Shown: positions 22,835 to 36,385, counted from the first letter of the whole stretch. The stretch: DNA of 63,987 nt, filler included, from Vicugna vicugna (GCA_013265495.1; 83 parts of 78 records of this genome joined end to end with filler, not necessarily neighbours in it), one strand, 5' to 3'. Numbers and translations are program-made. The notes: generated by a model not told the origin, from the sequence alone.

Positions 22835-24858
22835 GGCAGCCTCTGACACTGGGATATCCTGAAATCACCCCTAGCATTTTCTGGCACGGAGAATTTAGGA
22901 AAAGTCTCAGGGGAGACGAACTTAGGCATTCCGTTTGAAACCACGCTCTACCGACCGTTGTTGGAACCTCCCCTCGCTCAGTATTCCGGAACCATTGTCA
23001 GTGGGTGGGGGACCTCGGAGACAACTCCACGCAGCTTTCTCCAGTCACAGGTGTTCCCTGTTCGGGGAAGTCCGAGAAATACCTTCCCTGAATTTGGGGA
23101 GGCAGTCTCTTACCCTGGGATATCCTGCAATAACCGCTAGCATTCACTGGCACAGAGACATTAGGAAAAGCCTCAGGGGAGACGAGCTAAGGCATTCCGT
23201 TAGATCCCACGCGCTGCCGACCGTTGGTGGAACCTCCCCACGCTCAGGATTCCGGAACCATTGTCAGTTCGTGGGGGAGCTCGAGAGACAACTCCAAGCA
23301 GCTCTCTTCATTCACAGGTGTTCCCTGTTCGGGGAAGTCCGAGAAATAACTTCCCTGACCTTGGGGAGGCAGACTCAGTTTGATATACTGCAATCACCCC
23401 TAGCATTCCCAGGCACAGAGACATTANNNNNNNNNNNNNNNNNNNNNNNNNNNNNNNNNNNNNNNNNNNNTTAATTAATTAANNNNNNNNNNNNNNNNNN
23501 NNNNNNNNNNNNNNNNNNNNNNNNNNTGGGGAGGTTCCACCAACGGTCGGCCGCGCGTGGGTTCTAACGAAGTGGCTAAGCTCGTCTCCACTCAAGGTTT
23601 TCCTAATGTCTCTGTGCCAGGGAATGCTAGGGGTGATTGCAGGATATCCCAGTGTCAGAGGCTACCTCCCCAAGTTCAGGGAAGTTATTTCTCGGACTTC
23701 CCCGAACACGGAACACCTGTGAATGAAGAGAGCTGCGTGGAGTTGTCTCTCGAGATCCCCCAAGCGCTGACAATGTTTCCGGAATCCTGAGCGTGGGGAG
23801 GTTTCATCAATGGTCTGCAACGCGTGGGTACTAACGGGATGCCTAAGCTCGTCTCAGCTGAGGGTTTTCGTAATATCTCTGTGCCAGGGAATGCTAGGGG
23901 TGATTGCAGGATATCCCAGTGTCAGAGGCTGCTTCCCAAGGTCAGGGAAGGTATTACTCGGACTTCCCGGAACAGGGAACACCTGTGACTGAAGAGAGCT
24001 GCGTGGAGTTGTCTCTCGAGCTCCCCCACGCACTGACAATTTTTCCGAAATCCTGAGCTTTTGAAGGTTCCACCAACGGTCGGCAGCGCGTGGGTTCTAA
24101 CGGAATGCCTAAGCTCTTATCCCCTGAGGGTTTTCCTAATGTCTCTGTGCCAGGGAATGCTAGGGGTGATTGCAGGATATCCCAGTGTCAGAGGTTGCCT
24201 CCCCAAGGTCAGGGAATCTATTTCNNNNNNNNNNNNNNNNNNNNNNNNNNNNNNNNNNNNNNNNNNNNNNNNNNNNNNNNNNNNNNNNNNNNNNNNNNNN
24301 NNNNNNNNNNNNNNNNNNNNNNNNNNNNNNNNNNNNNNNNNNNNNNNNNNNNNNNNNNNNNNNNNNNNNNNNNNNNNNNNNNNNNNNNNNNNNNNNNNNN
24401 NNNNNNNNNNNNNNNNNNNNNNNNNNNNNNNNNNNNNNNNNNNNNNNNNNNNNNNNNNNNNNNNNNNNNNNNNNNNNNNNNNNNNNNNNNNNNNNNNNNN
24501 NNNNNNNNNNNNNNNNNNNNNNNNNNNNNNNNNNNNNNNNNNNNNNNNNNNNNNNNNNNNNNNNNNNNNNNNNNNNNNNNNNNNNNNNNNNNNNNNNNNN
24601 NNNNNNNNNNNNNNNNNNNNNNNNNNNNNNNNNNNNNNNNNNNNNNNNNNNNNNNNNNNNNNNNNNNNNNNNNNNNNNNNNNNNNNNNNNNNNNNNNNNN
24701 NNNNNNNNNNNNNNNNNNNNNNNNNNNNNNNNNNNNNNNNNNNNNNNNTTTCTCGGACTTCCCCGAACAGGGAACACCAGTGACTTAAGAGAGCTGCGTG
24801 GAGTTTTCTCTCTAGCTCCCAAACTCACTGACAATGGTTCCGGAATTCTGAGCGTGGG
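22835..24858. repeat. 267-bp satellite, two scaffolds (22835-23426 +, 23527-24858 - gapped)
   Basis: Monomer match, mostly the AATCACCCC subtype. Confidence 0.97.
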
Positions 24859-24958
24859 NNNNNNNNNNNNNNNNNNNNNNNNNNNNNNNNNNNNNNNNNN
24901 NNTTAATTAATTAANNNNNNNNNNNNNNNNNNNNNNNNNNNNNNNNNNNNNNNNNNNN

Positions 24959-25642
24959 TATATTCAGTATTCTGTATTCTATATTCGAAATTGTGAGTTA
25001 TGATTTCCATGTTTCAAAATCTGGCTTCAATAGTCTTTAAGCTATATTTTTTATTCTGTTTTCTACATTCTATATTCTAAATTATATATTCAGAATTATG
25101 TTCTTTATATTCTATATTCTGTGTTGTACATTCAATTTTTTAATTGTTTATTAAGTATTCTGTATACTATATTCTAAATTCAGTGTTCTGCATTTCAATG
25201 TTCTAAATTCTGGGTTCTATATACTCTATTCTATATTTTATATNNNNNNNNNNNNNNNNNNNNNNNNNNNNNNNNNNNNNNNNNNNNNNNNNNNNNNNNN
25301 NNNNNNNNNNNNNNNNNNNNNNNNNNNNNNNNNNNNNNNNNNNNNNNNNNNNNNNNNNNNNNNNNNNNNNNNNNNNNNTATATTGTAAGTGTTCTGCATT
25401 CCATGTTGAAAATTATGATGTCAATATTCTTTATTCTATATACTATATTCTGTGTTCCTCACACTATATTCTAAATTCTATATTCAATGTTCTCTATTCT
25501 ATATTCTAAAATCTGTGTTCCGCATTCCATATTTTAAATTCTATATGCACTATTCTGAATTCTATATTCTTAATACTGTGTTCTGCATTCCATGTTATAA
25601 ATTCTGTTTTCTGTATTCTTTTCTCCATATTCTATAATCTGT
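24959..25642 (+). repeat. TTCTATA-heptamer satellite (more diverged)
   Basis: 7-bp periodicity. Confidence 0.93.
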
Positions 25643-25742
25643 NNNNNNNNNNNNNNNNNNNNNNNNNNNNNNNNNNNNNNNNNNNNTTAATTAATTAANN
25701 NNNNNNNNNNNNNNNNNNNNNNNNNNNNNNNNNNNNNNNNNN

Positions 25743-26288
25743 CCAGTTTCAAGAATCAGATTTGATCCCAGAAAAACCCTCCTGGAGGGAATTCTACCCA
25801 GAGATATGTAATTTGTATAGATTCCATCAACATGATATTCCGTGTTCCGTACATGCTACATGAATGACGGATTCGAAAAACATGCATTCCTGATTTGAGA
25901 GCATGTGCATTACTGATCTTTCATCCTCTAAAAAGGAAAATTTTTATCTAGACACATGTACACATTTTTACAAGCTTCCCATAACACCAGTATCGAATTT
26001 GTGCATTTTTCACAGAAAAATTCTTCGGGAGCGATTTCCATCTAATAGATATGTAATTTACATGAATTCCATCAACATGGAATTCCTTGGTCCATACATG
26101 ATACATGCATGACGGATTCGACAAACATGAGTTTCTGAGTTGTTAGCATGTGGATTAGAGAACATTCAACCACCAAACAAGGGATATATAACCTTAGAAA
26201 TACACCTTAGAAATATTGACTCTGACTTCATAGTTTTTTTCTTTAACCAGGATCTAAAATCGGATATTTGGCAACAGAAAACTCTCTT
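25743..26288 (-). repeat. ~245-bp satellite covering end of A, B and C
   Basis: Reverse complement matches 3690-4055 and continues without a break into the sequence seen at 4542-4660. Confidence 0.92.
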
Positions 26289-27206
26289 NNNNNNNNNNNN
26301 NNNNNNNNNNNNNNNNNNNNNNNNNNNNNNNNTTAATTAATTAANNNNNNNNNNNNNNNNNNNNNNNNNNNNNNNNNNNNNNNNNNNNTCCCACTTCTTC
26401 CAGAAATGGGCTTGTACTGTACCCCTACTGTGCTAGTCAGTGGTTAGGAGCAGTTGTGGGAAACATGGTTATGGTACAAAGATGTGCATCCAGAAGGACA
26501 GTCACTGGGGCATAGTAATGTGTCCTAAGTGGGCTCCCAGGTTTGCCCAGGACTAGGGGATTCTTGGGACACAGGGCTATCAGTGATAAAATCAAGGCAG
26601 TCCTGGGGGAACTGGCATGGTTAGTTCCCCTCTCCCTAACACTGCAGGCCTGATCTGGGCATTTTCTTGCCGGCATACCCCACATCTCTGTGGCTCCTCT
26701 TAAGATCATTTCTGCTTATCACGGCAGCTTACAGCTGGAAAATGTTTTCACCCTCTTCCTACTTTGGCCATCTAGCCAGAGCAGACAGCATCTGTGATTC
26801 TGAGGTTCCTTAGGCAGAATAGGGTATTTGTAACTTTTCTTGGTAGCTCTCAATGAAACTCTCAGAGAACGCAAGTTAAAATTTCAGCTCTGTCCTGTTT
26901 TACTTCCATACTTGCCCATCGAATCCAGACTAACCCCTGTGTCGTGGACCCTCCAGCACTCTGAGAGCACAGAGCAGACCTACTTTAACCCTCCCACAAG
27001 GGCCTTTGCTTCTGAGGAGAAAAAGGCAAACCTTGGCACTGAGCTTATTTCCTCAGGACTGCAGTCAGCCCCCTGTGCATTTCCACCTTCAACAAAAATG
27101 GGTGAGNNNNNNNNNNNNNNNNNNNNNNNNNNNNNNNNNNNNNNNNNNNNTTAATTAATTAANNNNNNNNNNNNNNNNNNNNNNNNNNNNNNNNNNNNNN
27201 NNNNNN

Positions 27207-27648
27207 ATTCTGGCTTCTATATTCTCTATTCTATATTCTATATTCTGTGATATTCATTCTATATTTTAAATTCTATTTTCTGCTTTCCGTTCATTATTCT
27301 GTATAATATATTCTAAATTCTGTGTTCTACATTCTATATTCTGCATTCCGTAACCTATATTCTCTTTTCTGTGTTCTACATTCTTTACTCTAAATTCTAT
27401 TTTCAGTATTCCGTGTTCTATATTCGATATTCTGTGTACTACATTCTATATTCTAAATTGTATATTCAGTATTCTGTATTCTATATACTAAATCTTCAGT
27501 TCTGCATTCCTTTTTCTATATTGTGTGTTCTTTATTCTGTATCCTATATTCTATATTCTGTGTTCCTCATTCAATATCTAAAGTCTATATTCTGCATTCG
27601 GTTTTCTATATTCTAAACTCTGTGTTCTACATTCAATAATCTGAATTC
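27207..27648 (+). repeat. TTCTATA-heptamer satellite
   Basis: 7-bp periodicity. Confidence 0.94.
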
Positions 27649-28004
27649 NNNNNNNNNNNNNNNNNNNNNNNNNNNNNNNNNNNNNNNNNNNNTTAATTAA
27701 TTAANNNNNNNNNNNNNNNNNNNNNNNNNNNNNNNNNNNNNNNNNNNNCTAAATGATCTGTGTTCCCACGTGGCTACCGGTTTCTGAGTTTCCGCCTAAC
27801 ATGGTATTGATAAGTGCTCTGCACTTCTGACAGGAGCAACCTGTAATGGCAGGAGCAGCCTGTAATGGTAGATGCCATGAGATTTGACTGGTGGTCCTAC
27901 GTTGGCTTCTAAGGAGGTACTCAGGTACCACTTAATGTCTCCATGAACAGTTAATTTTGCCCATCACTATACACTGTTTGTGATGTCATCCAGTATTTGC
28001 CTTT

Positions 28005-28250
28005 CTTTTTTTAAAAATTTTATTTTATTGAGTTATAGTCAGTTTACAGTGTTGTGTCAATTACCAGTGTAGAGCACAATTTTTTTAGTCATACATGAAC
28101 ATACATATATTCATTCATGAGCTGCCACAAGATCGTGTATTGCCTTTCTCTATCTTGATATTTCCTTTAACATAATGCTTTCAAATTCCATCCGTGTTGT
28201 TGCAAACGGCAGGATTTTCTTCTTCCTCATGGCTCAATAATATTCTATCA
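28005..28250 (-). mobile_element. L1 3'-end fragments (short younger 3' end within an older L1)
   Basis: TTTATTGAGTTATAGTCAGTTTACAGTGTTGTG is an antisense L1 3' terminus. TCCATCCGTGTTGTTGCAAACGGCAGGATT is antisense L1 ORF2 end. Confidence 0.75.
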
Positions 28251-28291
28251 TGTTTGATCCTCATGTCCTCAAACTGCATAAAACACTTCTG

Positions 28292-28354
28292 ATTATTACT
28301 ATTATTATTATTATTANNNNNNNNNNNNNNNNTATTACTGTTATTATTATTATT
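28292..28354 (+). repeat. (ATT)n microsatellite, gapped
   Basis: Imperfect ATT run on both sides of a short N gap. Confidence 0.9.
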
Positions 28355-28485
28355 AACCAGTGTGGTTTTGGTCTATTGTCCTCTGNNNNNNNNNNNNNNN
28401 NNNNNNNNNNNNNNNNNNNNNNNNNNNNNTTAATTAATTAANNNNNNNNNNNNNNNNNNNNNNNNNNNNNNNNNNNNNNNNNNNN

Positions 28486-29267
28486 CCACGCACTGACAAT
28501 TGTTCCGGAATTCTTAGCGTGGGGAGGTTAATCCAACGGTCGGCAGCGCATGGTTTCTAACGGAATGCTTAAACTCGTCTCCCCTGAGGTTTTTCCTAAT
28601 GTCTCTGTGCCAGGCAATGCTAGGGGGGTTTGCAGGATATCCCAGTGACAGAGGCTGCATCCCCAAGGTCAGGGANNNNNNNNNNNNNNNNNNNNNNNNN
28701 NNNNNNNNNNNNNNNNNNNNNNNNNNNNNNNNNNNNNNNNNNNNNNNNNNNNNNNNNNNNNNNNNNNNNNNNNNNNNNNNNNNNNNNNNNNNNNNNNNNN
28801 NNNNNNNNTAACGAAAAGCCTAAGCTCGTCTCCCCTGAGGGTTTTCCTAATGTCTCTGTGCCAGGGAATGCTAGGGAGGTTTGCAGAATATCCCAGTGAC
28901 AGAGGTTGCTTCCCCAAGTTCAGGGAATGTATTTCTCGGAAATCCCCCGACAGGGAACACCTGTGACTGAATAGAGCTGGGTGGAGTTGACTCTCGATCT
29001 CCCCCACACACTGACAATGGTTCCGGAATCCTGAGCGTGGGGAGGTTCCACCAACGGTCGGCAGCGCGTGGGTTCTAACGGAAAACCTAAGCTCGTCTCC
29101 CCTGAGGGTTTTCCTAATGTCTCTGTGCCAGGGAATGCTAGGGAGGTTTGCAGAATATCCCAGTGACAGAGGCTGCCTCCCCAAGGTCAGGGAAGGTATT
29201 TCAAGGACTTCCCCGAACTGGGAATACCTGTGACTGAAGAGAGATGGGTGGAGTTGTCTCTCGAGCT
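28486..29267 (-). repeat. 267-bp satellite (gapped)
   Basis: Monomer match. Confidence 0.97.
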
Positions 29268-29689
29268 NNNNNNNNNNNNNNNNNNNNNNNNNNNNNNNNN
29301 NNNNNNNNNNNTTAATTAATTAANNNNNNNNNNNNNNNNNNNNNNNNNNNNNNNNNNNNNNNNNNNNAAAGGGCACGTAGGTTGGTCTCAGGAGCTGTTT
29401 CTCTGCGTACCTTTCTTCTCTCCCGTACTCTGCCTTGCTAATTCCAGCTGTTTTGGCTTCCTCGATTTCCAATCTGTCTCCTCCTCTGAGCAAGATGTCC
29501 GAAGTGCTTCCAGGCAGAAAGCCAGGGAAGTCACAGTCCACACCCCTCGTTTCCTTTCCCTCAGGGGAACATCCAGTGAAAACAGTTGCTTCATAAATTG
29601 TGTCCACAGTCCCACTTGTTTAAGGCTAAAGAGTAAATCCAAACTGTTACTCTAATATCCTAAACGATGTTTATTTTTAAAAATCTGGG

Positions 29690-29763
29690 GGTGGGGTGGT
29701 AATGGGGTGGTAATTAGGTTTATTTATGTAATGGAGGTCCTGGGACTGAACCCAGGAGCTCGG
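29690..29763 (-). mobile_element. Vic-1-type SINE 3' part
   Basis: GGTAATTAGGTTTATTTA...TGGAGGTCCTGGGACTGAACCCAGG is the antisense tail plus B box. Truncated by the scaffold end. Confidence 0.8.
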
Positions 29764-31023
29764 NNNNNNNNNNNNNNNNNNNNNNNNNNNNNNNNNNNNN
29801 NNNNNNNTTAATTAATTAANNNNNNNNNNNNNNNNNNNNNNNNNNNNNNNNNNNNNNNNNNNNACAGCAACCAAGGTCCAGCTCCATCCCACCTGCTGAA
29901 ACAGCCAGTGCCCAGGCCACTGCCAGCACACACTCTTTGCTCTTTCTAATTGGATGGTTCCTAATGACCCACAGAGGCAGGGGGAGGGGGTGAACCTGCA
30001 TGAGATGCAGTGAGGTGGTGACGAGGACCGAAGCAGGCAGACTCTGCAGGGAGGGAACTCACCTGACCCCAGGCACCGGTCCCAGTGACCTGACCGGGAC
30101 CACCTGCACAAGGGGCTATCACCCAGGAGGGCAGGGAGGAGGCGGACGGGGAGTGACTGCCGGTGCCTCCCAGGGCACTCAGCCCACAGCTGTTTCAGCA
30201 TCTCTGTTTCCCACTACACACAGCTCGACTGGCACGTGCCTGAAGGAAGCAGCTACGGACTTGCCTTTCATGACAGGTGACACTGGAGAGCTCGCGCATT
30301 ACTATCACCCCCTCCCCGGTCAGGGCACTAGGAGCCGTCACATGGCCTTCCCACCCCTGCTGGCCACCGCCTCTGGGCTCTGACTGACGCGGATGCAGTC
30401 GCTCTGTGCTTTCAAACTTCCTGGTGTCTATTAAACGTGAACAGCTCTGCAAGGAACACTGTCTCTCTTGTGGGTCACAGCAGCACATGAGAAATTATAA
30501 TGATGCCAAACGCCTGCCGTATCCCAGAGGAGTGGGGAGCTTGCAGCAGGGTGAGGACAGGCGCCAACACGATCTGAAACATCAGAAGAAGCCGTCTGGC
30601 CAGCGTCACCTGCTCTTCTGGCTGGAAGAGTTCAAGGAAAATTTCGGGAGACAAACGATTTTCACGTCCACGGGCACCTACAAGAATTGGCACTGCCCCC
30701 GCCCCTACCCAAGCTCNNNNNNNNNNNNNNNNNNNNNNNNNNNNNNNNNNNNNNNNNNNNNNNNNNNNNNNNNNNNNNNNNNNNNNNNNNNNNNNNCTTA
30801 CCCAGTAGCAGATCAGACCAGCAGGCACAGATTCTGGGTCAACGCTAGGACCTGGTTCACCTGCTGCAGGGAAACACCAACCTGTAGTCAGCTAGGACCG
30901 CCTGCAAACCCCAGGGCAGGGACNNNNNNNNNNNNNNNNNNNNNNNNNNNNNNNNNNNNNNNNNNNNTTAATTAATTAANNNNNNNNNNNNNNNNNNNNN
31001 NNNNNNNNNNNNNNNNNNNNNNN

Positions 31024-32775
31024 TACCAAACATACAAAGAACAACTCATACCAGTCCTTCTCAAACTCGTCCAGAAAATTGAAAAGGAGGGAATACTCCC
31101 AAACCCATTCTATGAAGCCACCATCACCCTGATACCAAAACCAGGCAAAGACACTGCAAAAAAAGAGAATTATAGGCCAATATCACTGATGAACATAGAC
31201 GCCAAAATCCTCANNNNNNNNNNNNNNNNNNNNNNNNNNNNNNNNNNNNNNNNNNNNNNNNNNNNNNNNNNNNNNNNNNNNNNNNNNNNNNNNNNNNNNN
31301 NNNNNNNNNNNNNNNNNNNNNNNNNNNNNNNNNNNNNNNNNNNNNNNNNNNNNNNNNNNNNNNNNNNNNNNNNNNNNNNNNNNNNNNNNNNNNNNNNNNN
31401 NNNNNNNNNNNNNNNNNNNNNNNNNNNNNNNNNNNNNNNNNNNNNNNNNNNNNNNNNNNNNNNNNNNNNNNNNNNNNNNNNNNNNNNNNNNNNNNNNNNN
31501 NNNNNNNNNNNNNNNNNNNNNNNNNNNNNNNNNNNNNNNNNNNNNNNNNNNNNNNNNNNNNNNNNNNNNNNNNNNNNNNNNNNNNNNNNNNNNNNNNNNN
31601 NNNNNNNNNNNNNNNNNNNNNNNNNNNNNNNNNNNNNNNNNNNNNNNNNNNNNNNNNNNNNNNNNNNNNNNNNNNNNNNNNNNNNNNNNNNNNNNNNNNN
31701 NNNNNNNNNNNNNNNNNNNNNNNNNNNNNNNNNNNNNNNNNNNNNNNNNNNNNNNNNNNNNNNNNNNNNNNNNNNNNNNNNNNNNNNNNNNNNNNNNNNN
31801 NNNNNNNNNNNNNNNNNNNNNNNNNNNNNNNNNNNNNNNNNNNNNNNNNNNNNNNNNNNNNNNNNNNNNNNNNNNNNNNNNNNNNNNNNNNNNNNNNNNN
31901 NNNNNNNNNNNNNNNNNNNNNNNNNNNNNNNNNNNNNNNNNNNNNNNNNNNNNNNNNNNNNNNNNNNNNNNNNNNNNNNNNNNNNNNNNNNNNNNNNNNN
32001 NNNNNNNNNNNNNNNNNNNNNNNNNNNNNNNNNNNNNNNNNNNNCACACAGCCCAAGCCAATCTAAAGGTTTAATGCAACTCCTATCCAATTACCCAGGA
32101 CATATTTCACAGAACTAGAACAAATCATAATAAAATTTATATGGAACCATCAAAGACCTAGAATTGCTAAAGCATTACTGAAGAGAAAGAAAGAGGCTGG
32201 AGGAATAACTCTCCCAGACTTCAGACAATACTATAGAGCTACAGTCATCAAGACAGCATGGTATTGGTACCAAAACAGACATATGGACCAATGGAACAGA
32301 ATAGACAGCCCAGAAATGAACCCACAAACTTTTGGTCAACTCATCTTCGACAAAGGAGGCAAGAATATACAATGGAATAAAGACAGTCTCTTCAGCAAAT
32401 GGTGTTGGGAAAACTGGACAGCAGTATGTAAAACAATGAAGCTAGAACACTCCCTCACACCATATACAAAGATCAACTCAAAATGGGTTAAAGACTAAAA
32501 TATAAGACAAGATACAATAAACCTCCTAGAGGAAAACATAGACAAAACATTATCTGACATACATTTCAAAATTTTCTCCTAGAAGAAATAAAAGCAAGAA
32601 TAAACCAATGGGACCTAACTAAGCTTACCAGCTTCTGCACAGCAAAGGAAACAAGAAGTAAAACAAGAAGAAAACCTACGGAATGGGAGAAAATTTTTGC
32701 AAGTGAAACTGACAAAGGCTTAATCTCTAGAATATAAAAGCAGCTCATATGACTCAATAAGGAAAAAATAAACAA
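31024..32775 (+). mobile_element. LINE-1 ORF2 fragment (RT N-terminus and post-RT region), disrupted
   Basis: Translates to [35 protein letters not shown] and [45 protein letters not shown]. Premature stop at 32496-32498. Confidence 0.97.
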
Positions 32776-32875
32776 NNNNNNNNNNNNNNNNNNNNNNNNN
32801 NNNNNNNNNNNNNNNNNNNTTAATTAATTAANNNNNNNNNNNNNNNNNNNNNNNNNNNNNNNNNNNNNNNNNNNN

Positions 32876-33291
32876 GGTTTTAACGGAAAGCCTAAGCTCG
32901 TCTCCTCTGAGGTTTTCTTATTATATATGTGCCAGGTAATGCTAAGGGGGTTTGCATTATATCCCAGTGACAGTGGCTGCCTCCCCAAGGTCAGTGAAGC
33001 TTTTTCTCGGACTTCCCCGGACAGGGAACACCTGTGACTGAAGAGAGCTGCGTTGACTTGTCTCTCGGGCTCCTTAAACGCACTGACAATGGTTTCGGAA
33101 TCCTGAGCTTGGGGAGATACCACCAACGGTCGGCAGCGCGTGGGTTCTAACGGAATGCCTAAGGTCGTCTCCCCTGAGGCTTTTCCTAATATCTCTGTGC
33201 CATTGAATCCTAGGGGTGATTGCAGGATATCCCAGTGACTGAGACGTCCTCCCCAAGGTCAGGGAAGTTATTTTTCGGACTTCCCCGAACA
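32876..33291 (-). repeat. 267-bp satellite (diverged)
   Basis: Monomer match. Confidence 0.96.
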
Positions 33292-33391
33292 NNNNNNNNN
33301 NNNNNNNNNNNNNNNNNNNNNNNNNNNNNNNNNNNTTAATTAATTAANNNNNNNNNNNNNNNNNNNNNNNNNNNNNNNNNNNNNNNNNNNN

Positions 33392-34127
33392 TTCTGTATT
33401 CTATATTCTATCTTCTGTATTCTTTATTCTGCATTCAGTATTCTATATTCTATTTTCCTTGTTCTACTTTGTATATTCTAAATTCTATATTCAGAATTCT
33501 GTATTGTATATTCTAAATTCATTGTAATTCGCTCCATATTCTAAATTCTGGGTTCTATATTCTCTATTCTCTATTCTATATTCTGTTTTCTATAATCTAT
33601 ATTCTAAATTCTATATTCAGTATTCTTTATTCTATATTCTAAATTCTGTGTTCAACATTGTATATTCATGTTCTATATTCAGTATTCGGTATTCTATATT
33701 CTAAATTCTGTGTTGTGCATTCAATGTTTTAAATTATGTGTTCTATATTCTGTATTCTTTATTCTGCATTCCGTATTCTATATTCTATATTCTGTGTTCT
33801 ACATTGTATATTCTAAATTGTATATTCAGTATTCTGTATTCTATATTCTAAATTCTGTGTTCTACACTCAATATTCTAAATTCTATATTCTGTATTCTAT
33901 ACTCTATATTCTAAATTCTGTGTTCTGCATTCTATATTCTANNNNNNNNNNNNNNNNNNNNNNNNNNNNNNNNNNNNNNNNNNNNNNNNNNNNNNNNNNN
34001 NNNNNNNNNNNNNNNNNNNNNNNNTCTATATTCTACATATTCTAAATTCTGAGTACTACATTCTATATTCTGTATTCAATAGTAGGCATTCCGTATTCTA
34101 CATTCCATATTCTGTGTTCTACATTCT
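33392..34127 (+). repeat. TTCTATA-heptamer satellite
   Basis: 7-bp periodicity. Confidence 0.95.
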
Positions 34128-35161
34128 NNNNNNNNNNNNNNNNNNNNNNNNNNNNNNNNNNNNNNNNNNNNTTAATTAATTAANNNNNNNNNNNNNNNNN
34201 NNNNNNNNNNNNNNNNNNNNNNNNNNNCCATGGAAGCAGTTCCTAGGCACCAGTGCAGGAGGGATTTACCAACCAGAGCCCAGCCGTCTCCCTGTGGGAT
34301 TGACACAGAGTACAGCTGGGGGATCCTGAAGCACCTCGAATGTGTGGACCAGGGGACCAGGGAGGGGGGGTGTGTACAGAGAGAGAGATAATGGCAGGGG
34401 GGTCATTCTGAATCACTGGCTGAGTGCTGATCTGCAGCACAAGAGAGGACACTCACTGAGCGCAGTAAACCTCCCTGACGGGGGCTCCTCCCTCNNNNNN
34501 NNNNNNNNNNNNNNNNNNNNNNNNNNNNNNNNNNNNNNNNNNNNNNNNNNNNNNNNNNNNNNNNNNNNNNNNNNNNNNNNNNNNNNNNNNNNNNNNNNNN
34601 NNNNNNNNNNNNNNNNNNNNNNNNNNNNNNNNNNNNNNNNNNNNNNNNNNNNNNNNNNNNNNNNNNNNNNNNNNNNNNNNNNNNNNNNNNNNNNNNNNNN
34701 NNNNNNNNNNNNNNNNNNNNNNNNNNNNNNNNNNNNNNNNNNNNNNNNNNNNNNNNNNNNNNNNNNNNNNNNNNNATTGCCTGTCAGGATGTCTGTCTAG
34801 TTGCCAGTGTAATTATTTATGCTAGAGAAACAAAACCCTCAGAAGTTTTAACGGGGTCATTTTCATAGCCTGTTAATTCTCCAAGATGGCGTTTAGTTCA
34901 CGCAAAGTGTGATTGTATTATGGAAGTTCAAACACTGCTCCCTGCTCCCAGAAGCCATTTTAAGGCACAGGGACGCTGCTGGGGCGGAAGCTGTGACGCT
35001 GCCCTGCAGAGGCTCTCAGGGCAGTGCTGTCAATCCAGTAACAATGGCTGTGACTAAGTCANNNNNNNNNNNNNNNNNNNNNNNNNNNNNNNNNNNNNNN
35101 NNNNNTTAATTAATTAANNNNNNNNNNNNNNNNNNNNNNNNNNNNNNNNNNNNNNNNNNNN

Positions 35162-36071
35162 TGATGCATGAAACATGTACAAAATACGGAATTCCATGGT
35201 TATGTATAGAATGTAAATAACATGTGTATTGGTGAGAATTCACTCAAAGAGTGTTTTCTGGAGCCAGATGTCCGATTTTAGAACCTGGTCATAGAAAAAT
35301 CTATGAAGTCAGAGTAAGTAATTCTAAGGGTATATACGCATTTTTTGGTGGATGAAAGGTCAGTAATCCACATGCTCACAAGTCAGAAAAGCATGTTTTT
35401 CCGAATCCGTCATGCATGTAGCATGTACGGATCCCGGAATGCCATGTTGATGGAATTCATGTATATTACATACCTATTAGGTGGAAATCGCTCCAGGAAT
35501 AATTTTTTAGAATAATTTTTTGTGAAAAATTCACGAATTCGAACCTGATTTTAGGGAAAGNNNNNNNNNNNNNNNNNNNNNNNNNNNNNNNNNNNNNNNN
35601 NNNNTTAATTAATTAANNNNNNNNNNNNNNNNNNNNNNNNNNNNNNNNNNNNNNNNNNNNGTACTTGCTACATGTATGATGGATTCGGGATACATGTGTT
35701 TCTGACTTGTGAGCATACGGATTACTGATCTTTCATCCACGAAACAAGGCATATATACCCTTAGAAATATTTACTCTGACTTCATATGTTTTTTTCTATT
35801 ACCAGGTTTTAATCAGAGGTTTGGCACCAGAAAACACTATTTGAGCGAATTTTCACCAACACAGATGAATTTAAATTTTTTACATAACCATGGCATTCCG
35901 TATTCCGAACATGTTTCATGCATCACGGATTACTCAAACATGCATTTCTGAGTTGTGACCATGCGCATGACTGATATTACAACCACCAAACAAGTACCTT
36001 TGCAGTTTGATTGAAATATATACTTAGACTTGGTTGTTTCTTCCTATCTCCAGTGTCAAGAATCACACTTT
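35162..36071. repeat. ~245-bp satellite, two scaffolds (35162-35560 +, 35661-36071 -)
   Basis: The first matches 3606-3990. The reverse complement of the second runs end of C > A > start of B. Confidence 0.92.
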
Positions 36072-36230
36072 NNNNNNNNNNNNNNNNNNNNNNNNNNNNN
36101 NNNNNNNNNNNNNNNTTAATTAATTAANNNNNNNNNNNNNNNNNNNNNNNNNNNNNNNNNNNNNNNNNNNNTCCAGGGAGCTCCCTTCGGAGTACTGTGA
36201 CTCAGTGCACCTTGCTCTGAGCTTGTGGGT

Positions 36231-36385
36231 TACCTTGACTAACTCCTGGGGGCTCAGCAGGTGGTGACAGATCAGGTGAACGGAGCCAGCCTGGGTGTGG
36301 CCGGTGCTGGCAGCTGTGCCCTCAGCTTTGCCCAGGCCACTAAACCTGCCAGCTAATCTACAAGGAGCAGAAGGGGAGTGCAGGC
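36231..36385 (+). repeat. Low-copy repeat, paralog of 7416-7571
   Basis: See 7416-7571. The translations also align (VLAAVPSALPRPLNLPANLQGAEGECR vs VLAAIPSAVPRLINMPAHLQEAERECR). Confidence 0.85.

Noticed and set aside
29320..29642. Minus-strand ORFs of 84-95 aa
   Set aside because: Non-ATG starts, no recognisable domain and no clear splice structure.
30000..30716. Overlapping ORFs in a GC-rich unique scaffold
   Set aside because: ORFs occur in several frames as expected for GC-rich DNA, with no recognisable homology.
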